From positions 442-64,441 of the forward strand of contig CAYQWX010000004.1 of assembly GCA_964421355.1 (NCBI GenBank): 64,000 nucleotides of DNA. Reading direction: 5' to 3'. The DNA is from an uncultured Bacteroidales bacterium (lineage in GTDB: Bacteria; Bacteroidota; Bacteroidia; Bacteroidales; JALTDM01). A program made the translations under genes and the position numbers. Shown in pieces: positions 11,001-20,080 of this stretch (within the stretch, counting starts at the first letter, position 1; each line of letters begins with the position of its first letter). Under the pieces are notes generated by a model. That model searched no databases. It was not told the DNA's origin and was given only the letters and a program-made list of their open reading frames with translations.

Positions 11001-13340
11001 ACAACCGATATTGACGGCGAAATAAGAGATACACTTACACCTGACATTGGTGCCGACGAATTTACATCGTCTTGCAACGGACCATTAGCCGGTAATTACA
11101 CAATAGGAAACAGTGGTGATTATCCTTCATTTACCGATGCAGTAGAAGCTCTTTATTACTGTGGCGTTGCCGACACAGTAAATTTTGAGATTGAACCGGG
11201 AACTTACAACGAACAAGTAGCAATAGATGGCTCAAACATAAACTACACAAATGGAGTGAAACCAATTACATTTACTTCTCAAACATCTAATCCCGATGAT
11301 GTCGTTTTAAAATACAGTGCTGATACAATGAACAATTTTACGGTAAAAATTAAAGACATATCGCAACTAATTATTGACGGTATTACCATGCAAGCTTTAG
11401 ACACCACTTACGGAAGAGTTTTAACTTTTGAAAATGTGGTGGACAGCATAAATATTATAAACAATAAAATTATTGGTATTGATTCGGCAAGTGTAAACAA
11501 TCAAACTACTTGTGCTTATTTAGACAACTTAAATGAAGATTCTGTAATGTATCTAAATTTTACGGGAAACAGTTTCATTAATGGTAAAATTGCAATAGGT
11601 GTCATTGATTTTTGGAACATATTTAACAATCTAATTATAAACATTGACAATAATAGTTTTTTATCACAAACCGATAAAGTCATTTATTTAAAATCTAAAA
11701 TAGCATCAATAAATCACAACTATATCAATTCAAATTTTGCAGAAGATGCTATTTATATCAATAGTTCCAATTCTTTATTTATATCAAAAAATAAAATTAT
11801 ATTGTCCTCACATAGTCCGTATGGGCATGGTATAACTACTTGGGGTACTACAAAAATTTATAATAATTTTATATCAATTAATGGTCTGGGAATAGGGTGT
11901 CACAATAAAACTAATATTTTCAATAACACTGTTTTGTTAACTGACGCAAATTATGCTTATCCTTGTATAGAACCGGACGGAACAGATACTATTAGAATTT
12001 TTAATAACTGCTTAATAAACATTAACGGTGGAGAAGTTATTCATAATTATAATAATAACTATTCAAATTTAGTAGCCGACTACAATAATCTATACTCCAC
12101 CTCATTGAATTTTAATGACTTGGTAAATACTCTTGGGGGAAACACACATTCCGTTTCGTTTATGCCCGATTTTGTTTCCAATACCGATTTGCATACCAAT
12201 GCAGCATTATTGTATCAAACAGGAGTTTCTTTGCCGGAAATTACCGAAGATATTGATGGCGAAACAAGAAATAATCCGCCTTGTATTGGTGCCGATGAAT
12301 TCTCAAATCCAGTATTCCATGCTGGCAACGATACTGTTTTTTGTTATAATACAGGAGGCTTTTATGACACATACAATACATATATTTATGATATTGGCAC
12401 AGGTTACGACAGTTATCAATGGTCCAACGGATCCGATTCCTCTTCAATTTCTATTGACACATTAAATTCCGTAATTGGAAATAATCAATATACGGTGACG
12501 GTAACGGTTGGTGCAAATACTTATTCTGATACGGTTAATATTTTATACGATTTACCCACAGCTATTTCACAAACCGATTATTGTATAAATATTGGAGATT
12601 CAATAGAACTTTGGGCAGAACCAAACTTAACTTACTTGTGGAATGGGACAGATACTACACAAAACTATATGTTATATCCATATACACCTCCAACATTAGA
12701 AGTAACTGACAGTCACGGTTGTAAAAATTATGTGTCAATAAATAACGAGATTACCTTAGAGCCTGCTCATATATACATAGATGATTTAAACGATTATACA
12801 GGTCCGTTTGTTTCCGCACCAACAGATACTTCCATTTGTTCTAATGCAATAATAGGTTTGATTGCAAATAATTATTTTGGAAATACAGGTATTTATGATG
12901 ATTACTCTTATTTGTGGAATACCGGTGACACCACACATTCCATTGTAGTTGATTCTGCACATTACGGAATTGGAGTACACGAGTTTAGTGTAATTGTTAC
13001 TAACAAAAACACAGAAATGCAATGTGAATCGTATGATACCGTTTTTGTAGAAATAAAAAACTGCAATGGAATAAATGAGCCTTCAAGTGAAAACAATGTA
13101 ACACTTTTCCCCAATCCTGTAAAAGATGTATTATATCTAAACTTCTACCAACAAGCAACAAACATTAATTATTTGCAAATTATTGACTTTACAGGACAAA
13201 CAATAATAAACAAAAAGATACAAAACAAAGATAAGCCGATAATTATCGACACTAAATCATTAAAAAACGGAATCTATTTTATAAAGGTTATATATGGCGA
13301 TAACTCTTATTTTCTCAAAAAGTTTATAATTCAGAAATAA
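8070..13340 (+). CDS. Giant (1756 aa) T9SS type A cargo protein with duplicated modules and two right-handed beta-helix-like regions
   Basis: Signal peptide ending FAQ. N-rich parallel beta-helix-like repeats (NNxFxG...) are present. Cys-bounded Ig-like repeats lie near the C-terminus. The terminal CTD reads LFPNPVKDVLYLNF...NGIYFIKVIYGDNSYFLKKFIIQK. Confidence 0.85.
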   Translation: MKHFFLFIVLFFLFSFTNIFAQYSVKVGQENSGDINFNLCNNQYEYSWNATVYTQQDIQSHGLITDIYYESELFGGFGPGSNTFMQHQRIFMKAVSNNEMTSTAFPDTNQMTLVYSGMVEFLNYQLATIHLDVPFNLDADKNLMILYINENGTAQTDQNYFLFYPTQNYYTHNNTVYNHGNGSFPSGAGTYSDNMPVVYLRYAPGLDVGISSINNNEAFKLPQQTDLTCNLHNYMADTITSATIEYKLNGTSQPTINWTGNSYCGQDVSVVLQNNFAFTPGQYTIKANTSNPNSGADELNTNDTLEFTLNVSDNKNIAFQNYSNNAIPFLSGASYGWSVAIYNKDSINFSGQIRAIAYYVTNSNGNTTPEPHQKIFMRTTSDYTNPNTDYPDTNLFVKVFDGTIDYTSAGWHIIELDTVFDYNSTENLMILYENHAGFSVTPSTSFKVGWVGTDAVYNYDINTFPTGSGWIAYSNRVPALKLFFSIPKDAGITKLANSEAPVYTGNYDFIVDLKNYGLDTLQDVDIKYSIDQNTPNSYHWNGIANPLNEITDINVGTSNLTYGTHNIKIWTENPNYLPDYTNGNDTLTVSLRACSPLSGTYTIGTAPSDFVSIKAAIDTLNNCGVNGAVTFNIKPGTYNSQYILNKVWGASATNTITFQSQTGDSTDVVLTTDSTNYLMFLNNAHYISFKYLTFKSDSAEKLVVLDTNACNNTFVGNIFTSDTTISTFIFSQTNNTDNHILITGNLFENGNTGIDLYQDNVYYNSNLLIENNVFIGQSQKAIQLYNLNEGNIVNNQFIATNIGIYLHGTNHISINANNLRLQNANKGIFVDNCLETTISNNFISGNTISSCGIYTKQSNIVKLFYNTVDLDNAETSVFIDYGNDSVFVYNNIFINHTGQAIKKFSSNYLGNNNCFYTPGTIFGSWEGYNNVNNFQQWQTMSQNDTNSIFALPYFISATDLHTQSLLIDNLGIPLSEITTDIDGEIRDTLTPDIGADEFTSSCNGPLAGNYTIGNSGDYPSFTDAVEALYYCGVADTVNFEIEPGTYNEQVAIDGSNINYTNGVKPITFTSQTSNPDDVVLKYSADTMNNFTVKIKDISQLIIDGITMQALDTTYGRVLTFENVVDSINIINNKIIGIDSASVNNQTTCAYLDNLNEDSVMYLNFTGNSFINGKIAIGVIDFWNIFNNLIINIDNNSFLSQTDKVIYLKSKIASINHNYINSNFAEDAIYINSSNSLFISKNKIILSSHSPYGHGITTWGTTKIYNNFISINGLGIGCHNKTNIFNNTVLLTDANYAYPCIEPDGTDTIRIFNNCLININGGEVIHNYNNNYSNLVADYNNLYSTSLNFNDLVNTLGGNTHSVSFMPDFVSNTDLHTNAALLYQTGVSLPEITEDIDGETRNNPPCIGADEFSNPVFHAGNDTVFCYNTGGFYDTYNTYIYDIGTGYDSYQWSNGSDSSSISIDTLNSVIGNNQYTVTVTVGANTYSDTVNILYDLPTAISQTDYCINIGDSIELWAEPNLTYLWNGTDTTQNYMLYPYTPPTLEVTDSHGCKNYVSINNEITLEPAHIYIDDLNDYTGPFVSAPTDTSICSNAIIGLIANNYFGNTGIYDDYSYLWNTGDTTHSIVVDSAHYGIGVHEFSVIVTNKNTEMQCESYDTVFVEIKNCNGINEPSSENNVTLFPNPVKDVLYLNFYQQATNINYLQIIDFTGQTIINKKIQNKDKPIIIDTKSLKNGIYFIKVIYGDNSYFLKKFIIQK
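9846..11066 (+). repeat. Beta-helix module copy 1 inside the 1756-aa protein (residues ~593-999)
   Basis: Begins CSPLSGTYTIGTAPSDFVSIKAAIDTLNNCGVNGAVTFNIKPGTYNSQ. Ends TDLHTQSLLIDNLGIPLSEITTDIDGEIRDTLTPDIGADEF. Confidence 0.7.
11067..12302 (+). repeat. Beta-helix module copy 2 inside the 1756-aa protein (residues ~1000-1411)
   Basis: Begins CNGPLAGNYTIGNSGDYPSFTDAVEALYYCGVADTVNFEIEPGTYNEQ. Ends TDLHTNAALLYQTGVSLPEITEDIDGETRNNPPCIGADEF, collinear with copy 1. Confidence 0.7.
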
Positions 13341-13377
13341 GTAATAAAATTTAAGATTGGATAAGTTTAGAGACTTA

Positions 13378-13803
13378 CTAATTGACTGCTGTGTTAGACT
13401 GGCTGGCAATGTTAAACCGAAGAATAATTTTAGTACCATTATCTTGGAACTCATATTTGTCAGTAAGGTTTGCTATTAAAAATATGCCTCTACCATAAGG
13501 TTTTTCAAGATTTTCTTCTTTAGTAGGGTCAGGTAGTTTTTTGTAATCAAATCCGTTGCCTTCATCACTTATGGAGAAAATTAAACATTCGTTGTCTGTG
13601 TATGTTTCTATACGGACTTTTTTATCAGGATTTTTTTTGTTACCATGACAAATTGCATTATTTACAGCTTCAAGCACAGAGATTAAAACATTACCAAAAA
13701 ATTTTTCTGAGAGGTTAAAGGATAAAAATACTTCTTCTATAAAGGATTCTACAAGTGGTATGCTTTCTATTTTTGAGGATATTATCATTTCTTTCCGCTT
13801 CAT
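13378..13803 (-). CDS. RsbW/SpoIIAB-like anti-sigma-type serine protein kinase (HATPase_c_2-like)
   Basis: N-box EAVNNAICHG, G1 DEGNGF and G2 GRGIFL in 141 aa. Its ATG shares one base with the TAA of the upstream gene. Confidence 0.8.
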   Translation of the reverse strand: MKRKEMIISSKIESIPLVESFIEEVFLSFNLSEKFFGNVLISVLEAVNNAICHGNKKNPDKKVRIETYTDNECLIFSISDEGNGFDYKKLPDPTKEENLEKPYGRGIFLIANLTDKYEFQDNGTKIILRFNIASQSNTAVN

Positions 13804-16800
13804 TACATCTCCAAATTTAGTATATACTGCTTATATTTTTTCTCATACACTTTATTTAACTTTAAGTTTTGGTGATACAATATGTCGTTAAATTGTTGTT
13901 TCTCTTTGTTATACGATTTCAAATTTATTTTGTTGCGATAAATATAATCTTTTGCGGTTTCTGCCTTTCTCTGATTATCTGTTTTCCTTTGTCTTTCTGC
14001 ATTTTCAGCCTCCAAAAGTCGTACCAAGATTTTATCTTGGCGTTTTAGCAAGTTGTCGTTTAGGTTGTTGTTTATTATGTCATTCAGATTTTTTTCAAGT
14101 AAGCGGTTTATATCATTAAGTTTTTGCATGGTTTCAGGGTGTAAGTCTTCGCTATTCATCAATTTTGCCAATTGGTCTTTGAATTTTTCATATTCGGCAA
14201 TAGATTTAGCCATTTGTTTAGCCATTTGTTTACCATTATTTTTACTTCCTTTTTGCTTCTTGAGTTCATCTATCATTCGTTGAAGTTGTTGTTTGAGCGA
14301 CTCCATAGATTTTTGCATTTGAGAAATGGTTTGACCTGCTTTTTTGCCAGGTTTGTGGCAGGAGCTTTGGCTTTGTGATTGGTTTTGCATCTGGTTTTTC
14401 ATAGCATCAATAAGTTCTGCTATAAGTAAATCAAGATTATTTGCAGAAGTCATCACGAACTGTTGTAGTGTGGAAGCTTGGTAGTATTTACCATCTTTAA
14501 GTGCATTTTCGGTTTTTTCAAGTTTTATTTTCACATTTCCGAGTTCTTGTGTAATGGTAGTTGCCACCATAGGCAAACGTTTGGATAAGGCATATAAAGA
14601 GTCGCTTATTGTTCCAAAAGCTGTTTTGAGTTCATGTTGCTGTTGTATTAAGTGTTCTATGTTGTCACTTCTATAATGGATTTTGCGAAATTGTTTCATT
14701 AAACTTTCCTGTTGAATAGAGAATATGTTAATATTCTCGGCTAATTGCTGTAAGGTGGTTATATCTTCTGCCATTTGTTGCATTTGTTGGTTTTGCATCA
14801 TCATTTGCATCTGTTGAGCCATTTGTTGCATCTGTTTAGCATTTTGTTTTTGTTGTTTTGATGCTTTTCTATTTTTACCTTGTTGCAATTGTTGTTTTGC
14901 ATTTTGTAGTCCTTGTTTTATGTTGTTTTTTTGCTCGGAGAAATTATCTAATTTATATGGATGTTCCAATTCCTGATTTTTCTTTTTAGTTTCTTCATAT
15001 TTATTCATCAATTTTTCAAATTCGTTTTCTATTTTTTGTTGTTCTTCTATGTTTTTTTGTTTTTGTTCATCATTTTTAGGAGATTTTTTTATTTTTTCTG
15101 CAACTTGTTCTTGTTTTTTGGCAAGTTGGTTTAGTTCGTCAGAAATTTTTTCTACATTTTTTTCTACTTCCCAACGTTTTAATATTTCCAAATTGCGGTC
15201 AAGTTGTTTGGACATCTCGTCAAGGTTTATTTCCGCTTCTTTTGATTTTTGTTCAAATTTTTTATCTTTATTGTTTTGAAGTAGTTTGGCAAGTTCATCC
15301 AGTAATTTTTTCATCTCATCGTCCATTAAGTTTTCCATCAATTTTTCTATTTCCTTTTGTTTTTTTATCAAATCTTCTTTTTGTTGAGAGAAAGCATTTT
15401 GAAGATTATTCGATTGTTTTAGCATTTTATTCATTTCTGCTACATTGCGTTCCAATTCTTGTTGCTTGTTTTTTATATCGTTTAATATTTTTGTTTTTTC
15501 CCATTTGGATAAGTTCTGTTGTATTCTATCTTGACGCAGTCTATCCATTTGATTTTTTATATCACTTATCAAGTTTTGTGATTTGAATATTTTTTCGGCA
15601 AGTTCTTTCTGAGTAGCAGCATCTATGCTGTCAAGTTTTTCCTTATCCGGCACTTGAAACGAATACAATATGCTCTTAGTTGATTTGCTACCATTTACTT
15701 GGTCATTGTCCCACACTTCAAAATAATAAGTAATAGTTGATAGGTCTGTTTTTATTTTTGAAAAATCAAAGGAGAACTCAAAAGCTTGTAAATTTAGATT
15801 GTTTGCAATTGGTAATGCTATGGTATCTGTATGGTCTTTTGACTCCTGATAGTTGAACGTGAGTTTTGAAAATCCATAATCATCTTTTATTGTCCCGGTA
15901 AAATAATAAACTGCAGGATTTAAGGAATCCACATATTGTTTTACAATAATTTGAGGATATTGATCAGGAATAACATTTATATGATATGAAGCAGTTGTTT
16001 TGTTGTGAATATATTTGTTTGTGACTACAACTGCGTAATCTTGTGATTTATGAATAATAGTTTCTCCAGTAAATTTATTGTTGTGTTTTGTTAAATAGAT
16101 TCTCTTTTTTGTATCTAAAATAATTTTTACGGAATCAGTTTCCGCTAATGTTAATTGCCATTTTATTTTGCTTCCTTCAGGAACGGTTATATCTCCCGTC
16201 CCTTCTTGTATTTGGGATTTTATCCCTGTGTATGCAGGTGGATAAAAAGATGTAATTATATTCAATAGTATAGGTGCCGGGATTACATTTATAAAATAGT
16301 TACTTGTGCGGTATTTGCCTGATTTTAAGTAAAATGATAAGGAACGATTTATGTTTTTAAAAGTATAAGAAAAGATATTAATGGTATCTTGTTTCATATA
16401 AAAAGTATTACCTCCATATACTATTTCTACTTGTTGAGGTAATTTACTTCCTTCCACTTTTATTTTTATAGTTATGTCTTTGCCTTTTATTACCGAGAGC
16501 GAATCGTTTAACACCTTGAAAGAAAACGGCGAAGGAGGAGAAGTATAGGTTGAATATTGCAGTATTCTTTTGCTTCCTGTTTTTATCACTTCTTTATTGT
16601 AGGTTAATAATATGATAAAAAGTATTATTACAGGAATAAGCAAATATGTAGCCCTTTTGACCATAGAATAGTCAATTGCTTTTACAAAAGGTATTGGCTT
16701 GAGTTCATTGGTGCGGGATTCTATACTGGCTTCAAGCAATTGTTTTGAAAAAGAGTTGTTGCTTGACAATTCACTAAGTTCAATGGTGTTTAGGAGTTTA

Positions 16801-17120
16801 TCTTTTATATCTGGAAAATGTCTGGAAATTATTTTTGACGCTTCTTTGTCAGATATTACCTTGCTTATGCCTGCAAGCTTTAGAATGGGAATGAGAATGT
16901 AAAAAATAAAAGTGAGAAGATATAATGTAAGGGAAAAAAAGAATAAAAAAGTCTTAATGCTTACCGTTAAATAGTTGAAATATGCAATAACGGATACTGC
17001 CATTAACCAGAATAATGATATTCCAATAAAGTATAATATTCCCCGTACTAATAATATGGTATAGTATCGTCTTTTGAAGTCTTTTAATTTTTCTTTGAGT
17101 ATGTTATAAGTATCTGTCAT
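13803..17120 (-). CDS. 1105-aa membrane-anchored coiled-coil protein, Gln/Lys/Glu-rich (possibly DUF4175-like; not verified)
   Basis: N-terminal TM helices (residues ~25-85 and ~160-175), then a beta-rich segment of ~300 aa. About 600 aa of K/E/Q coiled coil follow, including QQMAQQMQMMMQNQQMQQMA and MAKQMAKS. The ORF is continuous. Confidence 0.75.
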   Translation of the reverse strand: MTDTYNILKEKLKDFKRRYYTILLVRGILYFIGISLFWLMAVSVIAYFNYLTVSIKTFLFFFSLTLYLLTFIFYILIPILKLAGISKVISDKEASKIISRHFPDIKDKLLNTIELSELSSNNSFSKQLLEASIESRTNELKPIPFVKAIDYSMVKRATYLLIPVIILFIILLTYNKEVIKTGSKRILQYSTYTSPPSPFSFKVLNDSLSVIKGKDITIKIKVEGSKLPQQVEIVYGGNTFYMKQDTINIFSYTFKNINRSLSFYLKSGKYRTSNYFINVIPAPILLNIITSFYPPAYTGIKSQIQEGTGDITVPEGSKIKWQLTLAETDSVKIILDTKKRIYLTKHNNKFTGETIIHKSQDYAVVVTNKYIHNKTTASYHINVIPDQYPQIIVKQYVDSLNPAVYYFTGTIKDDYGFSKLTFNYQESKDHTDTIALPIANNLNLQAFEFSFDFSKIKTDLSTITYYFEVWDNDQVNGSKSTKSILYSFQVPDKEKLDSIDAATQKELAEKIFKSQNLISDIKNQMDRLRQDRIQQNLSKWEKTKILNDIKNKQQELERNVAEMNKMLKQSNNLQNAFSQQKEDLIKKQKEIEKLMENLMDDEMKKLLDELAKLLQNNKDKKFEQKSKEAEINLDEMSKQLDRNLEILKRWEVEKNVEKISDELNQLAKKQEQVAEKIKKSPKNDEQKQKNIEEQQKIENEFEKLMNKYEETKKKNQELEHPYKLDNFSEQKNNIKQGLQNAKQQLQQGKNRKASKQQKQNAKQMQQMAQQMQMMMQNQQMQQMAEDITTLQQLAENINIFSIQQESLMKQFRKIHYRSDNIEHLIQQQHELKTAFGTISDSLYALSKRLPMVATTITQELGNVKIKLEKTENALKDGKYYQASTLQQFVMTSANNLDLLIAELIDAMKNQMQNQSQSQSSCHKPGKKAGQTISQMQKSMESLKQQLQRMIDELKKQKGSKNNGKQMAKQMAKSIAEYEKFKDQLAKLMNSEDLHPETMQKLNDINRLLEKNLNDIINNNLNDNLLKRQDKILVRLLEAENAERQRKTDNQRKAETAKDYIYRNKINLKSYNKEKQQFNDILYHQNLKLNKVYEKKYKQYILNLEM

Positions 17121-17264
17121 CAGAGGTTGTAATATAGATTAAAAAACTATTTATAGCTTGTTTTTACACTTTTTAAAAATATTGTATAATAATAGCTTAT
17201 ACAACTTTGTAGTGCAAAAGTAGATTTTTTATTTTGAAAATTAATTAGTACACTTAATTTTTAC

Positions 17265-17272
17265 TATTTTTG
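17265..17272 (+). promoter_or_regulatory. Bacteroidota sigma-A -7 box candidate (TATTTTTG)
   Basis: Matches TAnnTTTG 33 nt upstream of the ATG at 17305. Confidence 0.4.
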
Positions 17273-17304
17273 TATAAAAAGGTTTTTCATTAATTTAAGA
17301 TATT

Positions 17305-18780
17305 ATGAATACACTCATTGTTCAAAACAAGATGGATTTACTTATTGTAATGGTTGTGTATTTAGTGCTATTGGTGTTGTGGGGAGTATATCAGGGAAGG
17401 AAAGTAAAAACAGGTGAAGACTTTTCCATCGGTGGCAGAAGTTTACCAGGGTGGGCAGCTGCATTGTCTGAAAGAGCTACGGGAGAATCGTCATGGGCAT
17501 TGTTAGGACTTCCCGGTGCTGCGTATGCTATGGGGCTAGTAGAAATATGGACTGCAATAGGATGTGTAGCAGGAATAATTACCACTTGGGCTTTACTTGC
17601 TTGGAGATTACGAAACGAAGCGGAAAAATACAAGGTTACCACTTTTACAGATTATATTGCAAAACGTAATAGTGATTTATCAACTTGGGTAAGGGTAGCA
17701 AGTAGCCTTACTATTGTATTCTTTTTCTTTTTTTATGTTGGGGCACAATTTTTGGGTGGAGGTAAGACCTTATATACAATGTTTGGAATTAAGCCCGAAT
17801 GGGGAATGTTAATTACAGCACTGGTAATTATTCCATATACTATTTACGGAGGGTTTAGGAGTGTGGTCTATACCGATGTGATACAAGCAATAATTATGAT
17901 TATCACATTAATTGTGGGGCCTATTGTGGGAATATATTACATTGCCACTCATAACTTGGTATTTGCTCATTCTATATCCGAGGCATTGCATCAGGCTGGT
18001 AATGGTTACACTTCCGTTTTCGGAGCTGGTGAAGGTTTTACTGCAGGAATAATAATTATGAGTGGTTTTTCGTGGTTTTTTGGTTATCTTGGAGGACAAC
18101 CGCAACTTACAACGCGGTTTATGGCAATAAAAGATATGAATCAAGCACGTAAAGCAAGGAATATTGGTATTGCATGGACACTAATTGCATACATTGGAGC
18201 TTTATCTCTTGGCTGGATAGGAATTGCCATTTTCGGTCCTCATGGATTATCTGACCAAGAATTTGTTATGCCTTCTGTTTTGCTAACAATTTTCCATCCT
18301 TATTTGGCGGCAATACTTATAACAGGGGCTATTGCAGCAATGATTTCTACTGCTGATTCGTTACTTATTTTATCATCTACCGAACTTTTTGAGAATATAG
18401 TAAAACCATTACAAGAACGCAATGGTAAAAATATAGATAGTAGAAACAGCTTAAAATATTCACGTTTTATTACTGCAATAGTTGCTATTATTGCTCTTGT
18501 AGCTGCCTATTTCTCGCCTTCCAATTTGATTTTTACACTTGTAAGTTATGTATGGGCAGGCATAGGAGGGACTTTTTCTGTGGTAATATTGTTATCACTT
18601 TTTTGGAAACGCTTCAATGGGAAATCTGCTTTAGTAACTATTATTACAGGAATGTTGTTTACTATTATATGGATAAGTAGCGGAATGGAAGAAATTATAA
18701 CAAGTAGAATTTTAACATTTTTTGTAGCATTATTTACAGCATATATATCAACCTTATTGTTTTATCCTAAAAAAAAATAA
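17305..18780 (+). CDS. Sodium:solute symporter family transporter
   Basis: 491 aa with ~13 hydrophobic helices. The SSF-like N-terminal region reads GRSLPGWAAALSERATGESSWALLGLPG. Confidence 0.85.
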   Translation: MNTLIVQNKMDLLIVMVVYLVLLVLWGVYQGRKVKTGEDFSIGGRSLPGWAAALSERATGESSWALLGLPGAAYAMGLVEIWTAIGCVAGIITTWALLAWRLRNEAEKYKVTTFTDYIAKRNSDLSTWVRVASSLTIVFFFFFYVGAQFLGGGKTLYTMFGIKPEWGMLITALVIIPYTIYGGFRSVVYTDVIQAIIMIITLIVGPIVGIYYIATHNLVFAHSISEALHQAGNGYTSVFGAGEGFTAGIIIMSGFSWFFGYLGGQPQLTTRFMAIKDMNQARKARNIGIAWTLIAYIGALSLGWIGIAIFGPHGLSDQEFVMPSVLLTIFHPYLAAILITGAIAAMISTADSLLILSSTELFENIVKPLQERNGKNIDSRNSLKYSRFITAIVAIIALVAAYFSPSNLIFTLVSYVWAGIGGTFSVVILLSLFWKRFNGKSALVTIITGMLFTIIWISSGMEEIITSRILTFFVALFTAYISTLLFYPKKK

Positions 18781-18784
18781 AATT

Positions 18785-19201
18785 ATGGAAATAAATTTTT
18801 TTAGAGAAGATGTGGCTTGCCCGGGTATAGACCAAGATAAATACAAAAATTGGATATTGAAGGTAATAGATACTCATGGTAAAAAATGTGGAGATATTAC
18901 ATTTATTTTTACTTCGGATGAGTATTTGTATAAAATGAATTCCAAATATTTAAATCATCACTATTATACTGATGTTATTACTTTTGATTATTCCAAAAAT
19001 GATATTTTATCGGGAGATATTTTCATAAGTATAGATAGAGTAAAAGAAAATGCCGATAGGTATGAAGTTACTTTTATTAATGAATTAAGTAGGGTAATAA
19101 TACATGGAGTATTACATCTGGCAGGTTTTAAAGACAATACTTCAGAAGAAAAAGAAAAAATGAGGGAAGAAGAAGATAAAGCGTTGAGACTGTTAGCATA
19201 A
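18785..19201 (+). CDS. ybeY: rRNA maturation endoribonuclease YbeY
   Basis: 138 aa with Zn-binding motif HGVLHLAGFKD (HxxxHxxxxxD/H). Confidence 0.85.
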   Translation: MEINFFREDVACPGIDQDKYKNWILKVIDTHGKKCGDITFIFTSDEYLYKMNSKYLNHHYYTDVITFDYSKNDILSGDIFISIDRVKENADRYEVTFINELSRVIIHGVLHLAGFKDNTSEEKEKMREEEDKALRLLA

Positions 19202-19326
19202 AGACTAACTATGTTTGTCATTTATTATCATTGATTTATAAAAAATATTTTCCTTCATGTCCTTTTGTTAGATTTTAATTTTAAAAAAATAACTATATTG
19301 CGGGCAATTAATGATAAAATGTTTTT

Positions 19327-20052
19327 ATGAGAAAACTATCTTTTTTATTAATGATTCTAAGTTTGTTTACAGGAGTATTAAATACTTATGGACAAGAGAA
19401 AAATGAATCTCCTGTTTCTGTTAGTATGGATATTATGAGCCGATATGTGTGGAGAGGTATTGATTTTGGAGCGTCTCCAAGCATTCAGCCCGGGATAGAA
19501 TATTCCAAAGGTGGATTTGTATTAGGGGCATGGGGGGCTTATGCCATAAGTAAGGCTGGATATGAAGAATCTGATTTATATATGGGATATACATTCTTAA
19601 AAGATATGTTTTCTGTAACTTTAACAGATTATTTTTTCCAATCCCCAACTTCCAAATATTTTGATTATGATAAAAACAAAACAGCTCATGTTTTAGAAAC
19701 TTCATTATCTTTTAACGGAACTGAAAAGTTGCCATTGTCTTTTATGATAGCCACCAATGTATATGGTGCAGATGCTAAAAAAAGTAACGGCGATATTCAA
19801 TATTCCACCTACGCAGAATTATCATATAACTATAAAAATTTAACACTGTTTGCAGGAGCAAACTTAACACAACCAAACACAAAACTTGGAGAAACAGGTT
19901 ATTATAACAATAAAGCAGGAATTATCAATTTAGGATTAACTGCAACAAAAAAGGTTAATGTAACTTCTTCCTACTCATTACCTGTAAATGTTTCTATTAT
20001 TACAAATCCGTTATCAGGTAAAATTTATTTTGTAGGAGGATTATCTTTTTAA
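19327..20052 (+). CDS. Outer-membrane beta-barrel / porin-like protein upstream of amt
   Basis: Signal peptide ending TYGQE, alternating beta-strand pattern and a C-terminal aromatic residue (GGLSF). It lies 28 nt before amt. Confidence 0.6.
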   Translation: MRKLSFLLMILSLFTGVLNTYGQEKNESPVSVSMDIMSRYVWRGIDFGASPSIQPGIEYSKGGFVLGAWGAYAISKAGYEESDLYMGYTFLKDMFSVTLTDYFFQSPTSKYFDYDKNKTAHVLETSLSFNGTEKLPLSFMIATNVYGADAKKSNGDIQYSTYAELSYNYKNLTLFAGANLTQPNTKLGETGYYNNKAGIINLGLTATKKVNVTSSYSLPVNVSIITNPLSGKIYFVGGLSF

Positions 20053-20080
20053 TTAAGGAACCAATAAAAATAAAATAGTT

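Noticed and set aside
14160-14900. Short tandem DNA repeats (gccatttgttta x2; repeated ttgttgcat / ttgcatc units) that might look like an array
   Set aside because: They lie inside the continuous 1105-aa ORF and encode the MAKQMAKQ and poly-Q/M low-complexity segments. They are not a CRISPR or intergenic repeat array.
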